From the NCBI GenBank assembly GCA_051362555.1, contig CM120648.1, positions 7,622,587 to 7,686,586 on the forward strand: DNA of 64,000 nt, written 5' to 3'. The notes below the pieces were generated by a model. It was not told where the DNA came from. It saw only the letters and a list, made by a program, of their open reading frames with translations, and searched no databases. This document shows positions 1-14,830 of the stretch, piece by piece. This stretch comes from Lingula anatina (Eukaryota; Animalia; Brachiopoda). The position numbers and the translations under genes were made by a program. How positions within the stretch are numbered: the stretch's first letter is position 1; each line of letters opens with the position of its first letter.

Positions 1-1271
1 ATAAGAAATAATGAGTTTGTCGACTGAAGCACAAGCACACCATCTGTCCCTGTTGAAAAGGTCAAACAAGCAGCTAAGCAAGATCCTTGTTTTCCGTGTA
101 TTATACAAGAGACAAGGACTGAAGTTATTTTAGGCCATATCACAACGACATTCATGGATAATAATGGTTTCTGTGGAGTAATAGGCTCAGTGTCTTTGTT
201 CTAGCCTAAGAATTCCTGCTGTATCAGCTATGATTACATTGTAGATGGATAAAATCTGTGGATTAAATCTGGTGAATAGGACGGATTTAACGTTCATCAT
301 AATGTCTGAATATGTCTGAGTGGCAGGCTATATTGTTATGAAATGAGACTGCCTCAGTAGCAGTGCTGTGACAGTTCTAAAGGCCTTCCTACAGTCTCAG
401 AGCCAAGTGCTAATTAGGCCCTGACCTGAATATGGCATGCCTATATGGAAGGAAGACTATTTAATCCTGTAATTTGATTGAAAATTGAAAATATGCCCCC
501 TCACCACAATAACGGTATGGATTTATATTTGTATACCAATATAAACATGGAAAAATATGCTTTTATGTTTGTATTAATTATGAATTAATTGATGAAAAAA
601 GGCAAAGAATTTATTTAAAAAGTGAGAAAAGTGGTCGTTTCCTCAGTATAGATTCAGGCATTGGTGAAATAACACTTTTTTTTTGACTGATTGTACAATC
701 TGAAAAACTTGAGTATATCACTTTCTCTTTTCAGATTAGAAAGGAAACATTTAAGGAGAATTTTTGCTGTCCATTGAACCAGCTTAGAGCGAGCCACCAC
801 ATAGGATAATAGCTGCGTTCTATAGGGCAGTCCTCACTCAAAAAGGCAGTGGCAGGAACTCAATTCAGCTTGATTTTATCATTTTAAGAGGAAAAAAAAT
901 CCTCCTGCAACTCATTTTGCTCTTTTGTCATTCTTGCCAGACCAGAGAAAGCAGCAAAAGAGTTACTCATAAGAAAAAAAAGGGAAATAATCTACCACAT
1001 AACTCTAGGCACTGGCATTCCTCTGTAGTGATACAAAGTTCTGTAGGGTGGTAATTTTTACAGAACAGGATTTGAAAGATTTTAACGTTAAGTAAAGAAG
1101 GGTGATTTTTTAAGAGGTGATACTGGACCACCATCTTCACATTGAAAAACAGAGCGTTTGCATGTGCTGCATAACACCCTTCTGTTTCACAACCAAAACT
1201 TTTCGTTGGTCAAGTTTTGCCTTTTTAACGGCCTCATCGTGGATTGGATGCCGTATCCCGACGCCAGACCA

Positions 1272-2603
1272 ATGAACATGGGCCAGAAGGTTTCTGGGGG
1301 CGTTAAGCAAAACGGGCGTGAGCCCTCCTATAGAATTCCATATGAGATTGCTTATAACCCTGACTTCCAAAAGCCCAGTCGATTGGATGTTCTACTGGAC
1401 ATGCCTCCTGCGCCGCTTGAAGTCCAAAACCAACAGGCGTGGAATCCGGACGATAGATCATTAAACATATTTGTCAAAGATGATGACAAGTTGACATTCC
1501 ATCGGCACCCCGTCGCACAAAGCACGGACTGTATACGTGGTCGCGTGGGTTACACCCGCGGGCTTCATGTGTGGGAGGTGGTATGGAGTGCACGACAACG
1601 TGGCACACATGCAGTAGTAGGCGTAGCCACGGCCGATGCTCCATTACACTGTGTTGGTTATCAGTCACTTGTCGGGAGCAACTGCGAATCTTGGGGATGG
1701 GACCTCACGAGAAACAAACTCTATCACGACGTAAAGAATAATCCCAGCGTAACATATCCAAATATTTATAACTCAGACGAAACATTCACTGTTCCAGACG
1801 CTTTCTATGTGGTGTTGGACATGGACGAGGGAACGATGAGTTTTATTGTCAATGGCCAATACCTTGGAGTGGCATTTCGTGGTTTAAAAGGAAAGAAGCT
1901 TTATCCTATTGTCAGTGCTGTGTGGGGACACTGTGAAATTACACATCGATACATTAATGGGCTAGATCGTAAGTATTCAAACCTGGGAACTTTTAAGCAT
2001 TTCTTCCCAGCAACAGGAATTTGACAAGTCATTAGTCAGTGACTAATACTGTTGTGTATTAATTATAATATGGGTGAAAATTTTGAGTTATTGCAAGGAA
2101 ATTCTTGTTCTATAGGAGTTATGAAGTGAAATATGTTACTTCATGTCAGATGAGAAAAATGTTTCATTTGAGTATTTGCTATCCGTTTGAAGTTCATTTT
2201 TACAATGGTGGCAAGTCTATATGTTAAATGACTTGAAAAACCTCTTGGTTTGGAGCAAATTCAATTGTTACTTAGTATGTTTGAGGCTATTTTTAGGCAC
2301 TTACATCAATGATACACTGTGATAATCTCTTTCTACAACTGAATACTTTTTCCATGTTCTGATATGAGCTTATTTGATTTTTCATTTCATTTTTGAATCT
2401 TTTTCAAAACATTCATGCCTTAAAAATGAAAAATAATACCCTCTTAAATTTTCAATTTTTGGATTTTTTTTACAGCAGAGCCACTGCCCTTGATGGACAT
2501 TTGCCGCAGAGTAATACGACAACAACTGGGAAAAAATAGACTTCCAGAAATTGAAAAACTGCCCCTTCCGACCCCACTCAAGCAATATCTTCTCTATCAA
2601 TGA
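1272..2603 (+). CDS. SPSB1: SPRY domain-containing SOCS box protein (SPSB1/4, gustavus ortholog); join(1272..1968,2476..2603)
   Basis: [11 protein letters not shown]-terminus and SPRY/B30.2 domain ([14 protein letters not shown]...GLHVWEV...[13 protein letters not shown]...SWGWDL...[14 protein letters not shown]). GTAAG donor at 1969 and TACAG acceptor ending 2475 join the SOCS box [19 protein letters not shown]...[14 protein letters not shown]. An in-frame ATG at 1248 could be the start. 5'UTR acceptor at ~734; AATAAA at 5958. Confidence 0.95.
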
Positions 2604-5600
2604 GGACCGCTGTGTCGCAATCTGCTAGCCTGTACTGGGTGGCCAGGACAAAATGGAACTGATGTCTTTGTCCTGGGCTTTTATTTTTTTTTAATGGTGA
2701 AAAGTTGAGGATTTATGGATATGTGGGGGAAAAATTGGGGGAAGAATGGAGAAAAAGTTCCTGATTAATGGAGAATAGGCCAAGGATAAACTAAGACCAA
2801 GCTGAGTGTTCAGGAACAAATTTGGGGATATATAGTGTTGATTAGAAATATGGAACTGTTTGATGGAGAAAATAAAAGCAAAGCTGCAATATGAAGACAG
2901 GTATGCATGGATGTATAACAGGTGTGAGGAAATACTACGCAGGTGCTTGCAAAACTGCAATGATCATCACATGGCATTTGGTATGTTTTTACTACAGGGT
3001 TTTTGTAACAACAAGATGTCTCCAAGGATATGTCTCTGCCCACAGTGCAGCAGCCTGGAAGTTTTTTAATGGAATTTTTCAATATTTTCGTGTACGACTC
3101 CCTCATTTTTGTGCACATCAGTATCTCTTTTTAATTTATTTTTTAATTATTTTTTCAATTGGAAATATTTTTGCACTTGCGGCGGGAGTCTAGCCTCCAC
3201 TGGCTAGCCATGAGTATGACACAGATGTTTCATTTTGGGTATGTTCAACTCTGCCCCCCTCCATTGCATGGGGAGAAAAAAAAAACAGAGGAGTTGAGCT
3301 CGTCATGTCTGAGATCCCCTAGTGGTAAAGTCACAAGCTGAGTGGAATCCTTTACTTCTATTCATTTCCCATGTTGAATGAGATAAACACTGTAGGGAAG
3401 TGGCTAGTCATGTGTATCAGCGTCCAGTTAAACCATTAAATGACCATATAAAATGACCGTTACATACCTCATGAAAGTAAGCATCATTAAGGGACTCAAC
3501 CAATGACCCTAGAATGAGACAAGTTAAAATAGTTGCCTGGGAAACCCCATTATTTTGAAGGATAAAGTTTTGAAGGTCTTTTTACAGCAACCACACTAAT
3601 AAAGATGACATTCTGTTGGAAGAGAAGTTTGATGATAAAGAGTGTCATTCTGAATTGAAGAGAAGAATCAGGTACAACAAAAGCCTCGCAAAGTGCTAAA
3701 TTCGCCTCTTAAAATAGAGCAAAATCTCATAGATAATGCTGTATTTAAAACAACATGTACTCGGATGAAAGGTTTTATTACTGCAACTTTTTTCTCTTAC
3801 ATATAGATGTTAGTGGTATGTGAATTGAATCGATTTTAACCCACCTCAAGTGGATATCTATTGTTACATTTCATAGCAGTATGATCAGTATAGTATTTGA
3901 TTATTGTGACAAGGTGTTAAAGGCTTAGTGTTGTTAGCACTGTATTACGGAATGTGTGGGTCAAAGAGACACCAGGGAGCATTTTCAATTTTTTAAGATG
4001 AGGTGCAGGTTTGTGAAAAAGGTGAAAAACTCATTTACCTAAATCTTTGGGGTGGTTACACATTACATGATAAATGTATGTCATCTTATGTTAATTTCAG
4101 TATCCTCCATATGCATGGATTTTGCTGTAAAATAGCCACAGTGAGTTTCAGTTGGCTTGATAACAAGAATAAGTGAAATTAATCTTGTTGAGTGTGGTAA
4201 TTTGACGTACTTATGTTAATGTGACATTCATATTTGACCTACTTTTCAAGAAAGTGGTGACCTAATTTTGGTTTAGCTTATTGTAACTTATAAGTGTACA
4301 AACATCACCATTGGGTATATCTTTTCAACCTACTTAAAAAGTATGTCATTGTGGCATGTTTCATTATAGTACCTTCCATTTTACTTTATTATGTAGATTA
4401 TTTTGAACCTTAGCCAATATGATTATAACAACCTTTTTTTGCTGGTCATTGTTGAAATCTGGACTAAGGATAGCATGTGGAAATATTAATTTATTTTGGC
4501 TAGAGAGCAGAAAATGTAGCAAATAGCCAGGTTGCATTATCTGTGTTTTGCAGGTGAATAGTGAAATAACGCAGCACTTGTATTTTTCATCCCATGTTTT
4601 ACAATCTGGATTTGCCTGTACCCCCAATTTGATCTCGTTGAAATAAGTTGACCCCTGTGACCTTGACCCGGTTCCATTATCCAGCACACCATGATCTCAT
4701 TTGATGAACAGCACACAGTCATTATTGCTCCAGATAACAGAGGATACACAAAGGATTCATCCCTTTTCAGGTCACTGTGACTTACATTTTAAAATGTGCA
4801 TCCAGTTGAAACACTTATTTTAGTTCATTTTAAGTGCATGTAGGTCATGATTTGTTTAAATGTCATTTAATACGATTGAGAAACGGGACTTTTAAAATGA
4901 AGTTTGTATGATAATTGGGAAAGATGTAATTTGATGTAAAGATAAAAGTGCAACCCCGTAGCCACTGACATCATGGCAAATAATTTCTGTTAAGCAAAGC
5001 CATTTTATTATGTTTTATTTTAATGAATGTGCAATATTTTGATTATTTATGTTATAAATCCTACTGACAAGATTTGTGCTTAATCATTTCTCCATCATTT
5101 CCTGAAACTTGAGATTTTGATCTTATTAAAAGTAGATTTCTTTGTTAGGATTTGACAAGGTGGTCAGTTTTAGAAACAAGTGAGTGACCTGTTACCCTGC
5201 ATTGCAGCATCTTTGTTTCTCACTAACATGCATTTTAGAAATTATTTATTGTAGCGTACAAAAAAGTTTTCAAAATGCACGAGTCCAGAATTGGGCAGTT
5301 TCTGTCAAAAAAAAATTCTGAACACTCACAAGTTTGACATTTTAGCTATACATGTTGCAATTCAATCATTAAGCCAATTTTTTTTTCTTTTTCTGGAATC
5401 CATGGAGCAGTTAGTTAAAGGCATAATACTAAGACTGCTATCGTCCTATTAGAGCCTGCTTCATCCCCTGTAAAACAAAAAACCTCAAGAGTTAAATACT
5501 CTTTAAGGGTAGTTTTCTCTTCAAGAAAACTTGATCCATTAATATTGGCACTTTTTTTTAATGTTTTATTGCTCTTAATTAATGTTTGTGAACTACTTGT

Positions 5601-6448
5601 AAACAACATTTACTATTTTAAGTGTTTTTTCAGTTGACTCAGTTGTTTTATTATAAGAATGAAAAACACTGTCACCCATCTTCAGACTGTGCCATTGGTG
5701 AAATGATAACCAAATTGCTGTTCAGTTAAAACAGTTATTTTAAATGTTCAGGTAATATGTACTTTTACTTCATCACTGGACTAATAACATGTATAAGGCT
5801 GTTTTTGAAACGGCACTCAAGAAGTGCTGCAGTGCAGTCACACTTTCGAGTAGTTAAAATGGCTGTATGAACAAATTTGATTTGACATTTTTAATTAAGA
5901 TACATTGTCTGTTACCCTTATGTAGTGTTATTATTAGGTATGTAGATTTTTCCATCAAATAAAAAGTGAAAAAACCTACGTGCGGATCTTATTTGCTCTA
6001 TTATTCTTTAAAAAATGAGTGCAGGTTGTTGTCACTTCCCCATGTCATTACTCCTCTACACCATAACTTCCTGCATCAGTACCGCCCACTGGTAATAATG
6101 GTAACACATCAAGCATAATTCTTAATTAATGTTAATGAAGGTACACAACACAAAAGTGATGAATGTTTCTAAGAAATTGTCATTAAAAAATGGATGAAGG
6201 GGAGTACTAGTGTGGGCGAGTATCGATGCAGGTAAAATAATGATTTTCTTCTGGGGAGTAATGATGTGAGGACATATTCATTCAATCAAATGTTTACAAC
6301 ACTTGCTGCATTCTTACTTGACGCCAGCTGTGTGTGGGTGCTGATCTTTCTACTCTGAAGCAATTCAATTATTTGAGCATGAACCCCACATTTTCCCTTC
6401 TGCCTTGACTTCAGAGGGATGGACTTGTCACTTTCTTCTATAGGACTA

Positions 6449-6604
6449 CAGGGGCGGATTTAGGCCGTCTTCTGGGTCTTCCAGAAGACGGTCAGATTTT
6501 TAAGTTTACATTGATGGCAGTCAGCAGAAGACGGTCAAAATGGAGGATGGACCAACAAAGATAATATGGAAGACTGTCAGAAAATATCGCTGGATCCACC
6601 CCTG
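6449..6604 (+). mobile_element. MITE family M1, copy 1 (hAT-like termini)
   Basis: TIR CAGGGGCGGAT...ATCCACCCCTG flanked by direct repeat GACTA; homologous to 18130-18298 and 22520-22687. Confidence 0.85.
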
Positions 6605-6644
6605 GACTAATTGTGTTACTTCAAAAACTTCAACAAATCATCAC

Positions 6645-8958
6645 TATTAATTGTACCACCAGCGTTAGCGCTGGCGGTACACATGGTTTTAGTCCCGTCC
6701 GGTCCTTTCCGCCGGCTCCGCCGGCTCCGTGGCCATGTTACCGTTACCGCTTCTCCTCCTAGACGGTAAGGGCCCCCATACCCATCTCTTGGATTTAGGT
6801 CACCTATAATCTCAACTCGTTCCACGTAAAATTTGGGCTTTGTCGGTATTTGGGTCTAGGTGTGGCATTCATTGCAATGCCCCCTTGTCCAAAAATGGCA
6901 AAATTAAATGCTAATTATCTACCCTACGGAAGGAATTATGGGAAAAATTTCTACAGACGGCTTTCCAAAAGTCATATGTGTAGATTTCAAATATGCCCTT
7001 GGATTTGACTTTTGACCTTTATTTCAAGGTCAAACGGGCCAAAATTTTCAAAAAAATGAATTTTTTTACGAAAAAAAAATTATTTGTGCTGTTATTCAGA
7101 CACCACACAGACTTAACCAATAATATTATTGGAAAATGTTACCCTTCAGGTCATCTTTCATATCCGTGTCAATCGGTGCATTTTCACGGGAGAAGCGGCC
7201 ATAAGATACCGAAACTGAAAACTGTCTCTAATTCAGGAACCGTTAATGCTAGAGACCCATTGCATTTTGTAGAGCATGTAAAGCCCAACACTGGAAGTGG
7301 TCTCCGTTTTTTTGTATTCCATACGGTTTTCGAGTTGCGCTGTATCAAAAAGAACATATTGGTGGTGAAAGCAAAATGTGCAGTACGGTAATGGATAATA
7401 AATTTTAAACCCTGGAAAAATAAAACATAAGGCTTGGTAAAGCAGACAACTTGTGGTCAAAAATGACATTATTTCATCAAATTTGAACTTCTGGAACTTC
7501 AGAGCACCTCCCATTTCAAGAATTTTGACCAAAATGACCTTTTCTTTATTTTAATTAATTTTTTCTGTAGGAAATTTATGGCACATTATGGTAACCCCAA
7601 AATTATAACATTTAGTCCCTTATATCTCCAAAACTGGCAGAGATAGGTCCATAGTTACTATTGAAGTTGAATAGGAAGTCATATATTGGCAATCTAAATG
7701 TGACCTTAAAATTGACCTTTGACCTACTTTTCACCATGAACTGAACTTTGCAAACTTTGCTTCCCTTTTATCTCCAAAACTGGCAGAGGTAGGTCCATAG
7801 TTACTATTGAGGTTGAATAGGAAGTCATATACTGGCAATCTAAATGTGACCTTAAAATTGACCTTTGACCTACTGTTCACCATGAACTGAACTTTGCAAA
7901 TTTTGCTTCCCTTTTATCTCCAAAACTGGCAGAGATAGATTCATAGTTACTATTGAAGTTGAATAGGAAGTCATATACTGGCAATCTTACTGTGACCTTG
8001 AAATTGACCTTTGACCTACTTTTCACCATGAACTGAACTTTGCAAATTTTGCTTCCCTTATATCTCCAAAACTGGCAGAGATAGGTCCATAGTTACTATT
8101 GAAGTTGAATAGGAAGTCATATACTGGCAATCTTACTGTGACCTTGAAATTGACCTTTGACCTACTTTTCACCATGAACTGAACTTTGCAAATTTTGCTT
8201 CCCTTATATCTCCAAAACTGGCAGAGCTAGGTCCATAGTTACTATTGAAGTTGAATAGGAAGTCATATACTGGCAATCTTACTGTGACCTTGAAATTGAC
8301 CTTTGACCTACTTTTCACCATGAACTGAACTTTGCAAATTTTGCTTCCCTTATATCTCCAAAACTGGCAGAGATAGGTCCATAGTTACTCTTGAACTTGA
8401 ATAGGAAGTCATATACTGGCAATCTTAATGTGACCTTGAAATTGACCTTTGACCTACTTTACACCATAAACTGAACTTCGCAACTTTTTAATGCTTTGCA
8501 ACTTTTTAATGCTTTTATTTTCAGAGATACGCCCATGGTTACTATTGAATTTGAATAGAAAGTCATTAGAGGCAATTAACTGTGACCTCTGACCTTCTTT
8601 TCACCATGAACTGAACTTTGCAAATTTTGCTTCCCTTTTATCTCCAAAACTGGCAGAGAAAAGTCCATAGTTACTATTGAACTTGAATAGGAAGACATAT
8701 ACTGGCAATCTTACTGTGACCTTGAAATTGAACTTTGACCTACCTTACGATGAACTTTAATTTGATTGTACCATTTTTAGTTATATATATTTTTTGCATA
8801 TTTTGAAAATTCTTGTTGATTGCATTTTTACAGCTTGTCAAGCACAAGACTGGTGGCTGTGTCCCTTATTTTGTGTATGTGGGGGTCTGTACGAATGCGC
8901 TTGCTCCAGCTGGTGGTACAATATTCGGAGGCGGTATCGCCTCTCTGATCCTCTAGTT
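6645..8958 (-). mobile_element. Helentron-associated non-autonomous element (HINE/DINE-1-like) carrying an internal satellite
   Basis: Subterminal inverted repeat TTGTACCACCAGC (6651) / GCTGGTGGTACAA (8909). Terminal hairpin GTACCACCAGCG-TTAG-CGCTGGCGGTAC, CTAGTT at the other end, and an internal tandem array. Confidence 0.7.
7615..8745. repeat. 146-bp satellite, about 7.5 units
   Basis: TCTCCAAAACTGGCAGAG recurs at 7625, 7771, 7917, 8063, 8209, 8355 (146-bp period), followed by a degenerate unit and another copy at 8641. Confidence 0.95.
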
Positions 8959-10374
8959 TAAACCCCTTTCTATAAAACTTTTTTTTTCAAATTAATGAAA
9001 TTGAATTGTAAGCATGGTGAAGTTGACAATAGGTTGAATGTAAAATTCTTTATTTCCACACCCTTGCATTATTTTTCAATATAAACAAATGTTTTAATAA
9101 TATATTTCCACAGTTACTTCAATTTCTTAATGATGAAAGAACCTAAGAAACTTTTTTGCCAGCGTTCCAGAAACAACATTGGTTAGCTGCATCATTTTCA
9201 TACATGCCAGGTTGTTCCTCTTTGCTACATACCAGTCCTAGAGATGTTATCCTCTGCGAAAATTTGTCCCGTTTAATGCTCACTTACAGTTCTCAATCTG
9301 TCCTAAAACATATCTAAAATAGATTAAGAAACTTGACGTAATTGAATGTTAAATGAGACATTTTCGCAGGGGATGATTCTGAGGCAATGTAGTATTATTT
9401 ACACTTAATTTGGTTTTAGGGTCGATTTTTGGTGAAATGCAGGAAAATTCACCTGGTATGCCTGTCAAATGATATACTGCCACCCTCTCACTATATATGC
9501 CTTGAACATCTCTTGCTGACACTATGGGTGTTCTAGCATATATTGCTCAGGTGAAAATGACACATAATGAAGAAGCTGGCATCTGAGTCTTGGAGTTCAG
9601 GTTGAACTATTTGCACATTGCAGAATAATTCAGGGATATACAGCAAGAAGTTCTCTCTACTAACATAAGTGATGAAGAACTCCCCCTTTATTATCTAGTG
9701 TTTAAAAAACACCACAATGTATAATGCACAACATACCAAACTGACATGAATCCTATAATCAGTCATTTGTATGGTTTTATTCTTGTTGAATACTGCCCTC
9801 TATATTCAAGATAATAACAATGTCTGACATGTTTACAATACAAAGCTTGTTATCAATAAATAATAACATATAATACACCCTTTACCAAGAACACTGAAAC
9901 CTTTGCTGAAATGTAGAGAATATAATTCTACATTGCCTTTTGCAAAATGACCAATTTGTAAGTATATATTATAAAAACATTATGAGCAAATCATGCATGA
10001 AAAAGTTATCTCTTGTATGATAATATCAACATTTTTTAATTGAATCAGTGGGAAAGTGAACGATTTTTTACAACAAAAGAAAAATTCTAATTTGAATTTG
10101 ACTAGGCCTTGCAAAATTTAAGCAAGTGAAGCTTACAATAACTTGGTCTGTAATTTGTTCATCAATCACTCTAAACACCTTTCACCAAAAATCTTCATTT
10201 GTTATTACCAAAAAGGCATGTTTTGTTTTAGAAAAATAGATACTTAACGTTGTTCAAATTTACAGAGTAGCTGTCGTCTGCTCCACAATTGTGTTAGATG
10301 TGACAAATGATTGCACAATTTATTATAATGGAATGCTGCTAGAAAATACTTGTTTACAATGGGACCATTTTCAA

Positions 10375-10434
<60 letters not shown>

Positions 10435-10455
10435 AATAAATAAATAAATAAAATA
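10375..10455. repeat. (AAT)n/(AAAT)n microsatellite
   Basis: Read directly from the sequence. Confidence 0.95.
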
Positions 10456-11636
10456 AACAAAAATAATGATCATTATAATAAAAATGACATGGGGTCCAGG
10501 GGTCACCTAGGCCAATGGTATTTTGACTTCAAAAAAGGCGGAAATCTGCTAATGGTCAGAAAAATCTCATCCCTGTATAAAGATGTCTGATGAACATTTT
10601 AGGAGAATTCGGTGGCAAAATAGCAGCTGTGCAAGCTTGAATGTAGCTTCTGACCCCTGAAAACCATGAAAACCTACACAAAATTTTTGTTAGTCACATA
10701 TTAAGTCATATTTTGTACCTAGTATTAGTAAGTAAAATTAAGCAGCGTTTACAGAACATGAATAATAGCAGGTATCTGATATCATAAGAGAGTCTGAGCA
10801 AATATCATGAAATTCAATATCAAGTAATTTGGCTATCTATCCAGAATAACGATAATTTTAATAAATCTTGGCCAACAGTTTTCTTGTTAATTAAAAAATT
10901 AAAGAAATTTCACCTGCCTGAAAGTTGATTTGAAAATGAAATAATACAAAAGGATATTTTTTTAAAGCAATGCCCATTTTCTGGAAGAATGGAAATTACG
11001 TAAAATGCTTTGTCAACTACTTAATACCTGTTAGCTCAAGAATTGATTATTAAACCAGTTCAGTCCCATACAGTATATGAGTTTAGAAATGTATAGTACA
11101 TGTACATATATATATATTTTTTTTTTACATAAAATATTGTAATAATAAAATAATAGTCTTTACATATCAAAGAGACAAACAGATGAATATATTAAGACTG
11201 CAGTCATATATAAGGACCATTTGTCTTTCAAAAAACAAAGCAGAATGCTAATTCCAAATATCTTCTTTAGATAACTAATTTTCAGTAAATATTCAGTGTT
11301 ATAAAAACAGCTCACAGAGATATATAGTTACCATCCTCCTCCCCTTTGTCCAGAAACGATCAAAACGTGTTTACTGCCTCCTTAATCCTAACCATGTTGT
11401 TGTCTCTTTCAGTTTCTTTCTTAAAGTTTTTATTTTTGTAACCTCGTCAAAGTTCTCAACCTCTTCAACAGTCTCAGACTACCTTGGTGCTCAAAAATTT
11501 GAAACCTTCTTTGACAAAGCTGTATATTACAAACTTTAAAGAACATTACACTTTGGTTACCATCTTCCCTTATGTTTAATCTTACTACAAACTATTAAAC
11601 GAAATGCGTTCAGTCAATGTTGGTACTCGCAGCTAC

Positions 11637-12068
11637 TTAATAGCCTGGTGGGTCTTGCGGTTTTTCTATCGAGTGATGAGGAGAAGCCGTTTCCACATTA
11701 TTACTTGGCACTGGTTGGTCAATGTTTTCATATGGTCCCTTTTGGCCTAAAATCAAACGTGTGCTTTTTTATTTAATAGAATAAGAGATGTGTTATTGAG
11801 TTTTATATATTATTAATTGTATAAGTAGTTTATATTGATATAATCTAACAAAAATGAACTGGGTAGCCAGGTCAGCTAAATATTTAAAGGCATATTCAAC
11901 ACATTTTTAAATATCAATTTCCTACCAATAAGTTTGTTAGTTTAATTCCAATACCCAAGGTTAAAATAAAAAAAACTTAACGGTTAAAAACATAAATCTA
12001 CATGTACACAACAAAAATAGAAACACAATGTCTCTGTCTTTCTCTGTGACACAAACATCCTCACACGC

Positions 12069-12130
<62 letters not shown>

Positions 12131-13533
12131 CTTACCTCCAAATCCTGGGAAGTTGGCAGCATCCAGGCCGGGGATGTTCAGGTCCCCCATGCTGCCCCCC
12201 CTCTCCTGGTACACCCTGTACAGCATGAAGCAGGTGAAAGGCTTAATCAACAGGTTCAGAATGGTCATACTGTGGGGATGTTAAGGTGAATTTTTTTTTC
12301 TTATTTTATCAAAAAAATAATAATGATAATAATGTAAAATATAGCATCACTTTTCTTTTCATTTCAGAGATGAATGTGGACTTTGACATAAAATATATCC
12401 TGTAAATTCAAGATCCAAGCAGCTCAAGCTCAAAAGAGGAGCACTCCCCCCCCCCCCCCCCCCCCAAGAAAAAAAATTAAATAAATAAACCTTCCTGGAA
12501 TACTTTCCTCTCTAAAATTAAAATAAAAATCCATTTGATAATTTAATACAGTGTTCGTAACTACATGAGTCGTATCCATGAAAAGTCATATGTAGAAAAC
12601 CTTAAGACCACTACAATAGTGTATGCATATTTTTTCAACTCAAATATTATCAAACAAAAGTTCAAATATCAAAGTCAGTGTTAACCCATGTTACACAAGA
12701 TATCATGATGGAGCTGCAACAGATAATTTAATTCAACAACATCAGTTCCTTAAATTATTTTATTCTCCGACTTTTAAAGGATACCCCAGGGAAAACCTGT
12801 ATGTGTTCTTCATTGTCCAATCTGAAATTATTAACTGAAATGTTTATATCAAAATTATTCATTTCATGATCATCATTTCACTTACTCAAAGATTCTTGTC
12901 TCATCTTTATTTTAATTCTCTATCTAGATATTATTTTAGTATATATACAGCCGCATTGCATGTTATAGCAAAATGTTGTAAACATCAACCAGATTGTTGA
13001 AACTAGTCCTCTTTTTCATGCATTGAAATTATCAAAATATGCAAAAAAATAAAAATAAAAAAAAAGACAACAAATGACTTGAAATTCTTAACTTATTCAT
13101 TTTTAAGGCATCAGAAATTAACTCTCCACTTTTCTATGATCATATGATAGTTAAGAACTAAACCAAAAAGAAATATCTGGATAAAAAAAGGTTATTGATG
13201 TTGTTATCCAAAAAATACATGTGGCCTTAAATGTTGCTTAACGTTGCCAGTTGTTGGCACATTATCACATGTTAGTTGGGATTATCATGAATGGCCATCT
13301 TAATTGTGTTAGTTGTGATCATACTGTTATCATAATAAACTGTGTTAGCTAGGTGTTAAACACAGGAAAGGTACACTGTTACATATACTAGTACAGGACT
13401 TTTGCAGCAGATCTATTGTTTTAGTTTCATTTATATAAGGGAGTATTTCAACATCCCTTTTTATTGATATAATAAATGTTTCTGTTAACATCTAGTAACA
13501 AATATATAAACAACTGCATTAATAATTGAAAAA

Positions 13534-13583
<50 letters not shown>

Positions 13584-14799
13584 ACTCCCTTACTATTATA
13601 TGAAGCATTTTCATACACTGCCCTGGCTGCTGGTTCAAACAATCCCAGACACACTATATCCTGCAGTATGCTGAACATCATTAGCACCATCAGCTAAAGA
13701 AAGGCAAGACAGTATCATCAGATTAGTACATCATAAACACTGGCTCATCCAGGTTGTCAAGAAAGAGGAAATGGGGTGGGGCGGGGTGATCAAAAACTGC
13801 CCTGATATATTTGTACACTGAAATTGCCCCTGTGTACGGTTTTATCGTTATTTTGCCAAACTATAAGCAGGGGAAAAATAAACACATAAATAAATAAATA
13901 AACAAATAAATATATAATTGGTGTGCCTCCTTTCCCCTATAGCCCAAGCCTGGATCAGCCAGTGAGACAGGGATATATATTACAGTAGATATATATACAG
14001 GGATATATATATTATAGTAGAAATAACATAGAGTACATTCCCATAAACACCATAGATCTTCATGGATCGACCCAACTCTGCATAGATTCTTGCTGAGTGC
14101 AACCAGTTCACGTTGGAAACAAAAGGAGACATGTCATTCAATTAAGCTGATTGCACTAAGCAGGAGTCCCTGCAGAGTTGGGTTGATCCCTGTAGACAGA
14201 TGGTGCCTTTATGGGAATGGGGTCATAGTCAGATCACAGCATGCATTTCAAGCTTGTTTGATCTGGGACTGCTTTCACAAAGAATTTCAATTTATGATAA
14301 TTTTTAGACCAAAATTTTTGTCGGTTCTTTTGTGCAGCAAGCCCCAGAGAAGACCAAGGCTCACATCATCATTAATAATAAATTATTTACCAAGTGAAAA
14401 CAACTTTTCCATAAATTATTGAATTTCACTTTTGGACACGGGAAACAAGAACATTTTTTATCATCCTCAACAATATTCAATTAATTCAAAAATTTTTCAT
14501 TTATTAAAATTTTCCGCCAAAATTACACACACTCAAAGTGCCAAATGATGGTGAGCTTGGAGCTTAGCTATATGATCTGTATATGGAGCTTAGCTATATG
14601 GCCAATATAATTCTTAACTTCCACACTGAAATTCATATTACCTAAAAAGCATGCATAATTTTAAGGCCTGTTTCCATTTGAGATACATTGACCAAACTAT
14701 TTCAGCTATTCTGACAAGATTTCCAACCATAGAAAGTCTGGATCTAAACTCATACTTACATCAATCAAATTGTGACTGGGGAAAAAAAGGTGTGTGTGT

Positions 14800-14830
<31 letters not shown>

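Noticed and set aside
1158-1247. N-terminal extension of SPSB from the GTG start in the ORF track
   Set aside because: Non-ATG start; family similarity begins at MNMGQK.
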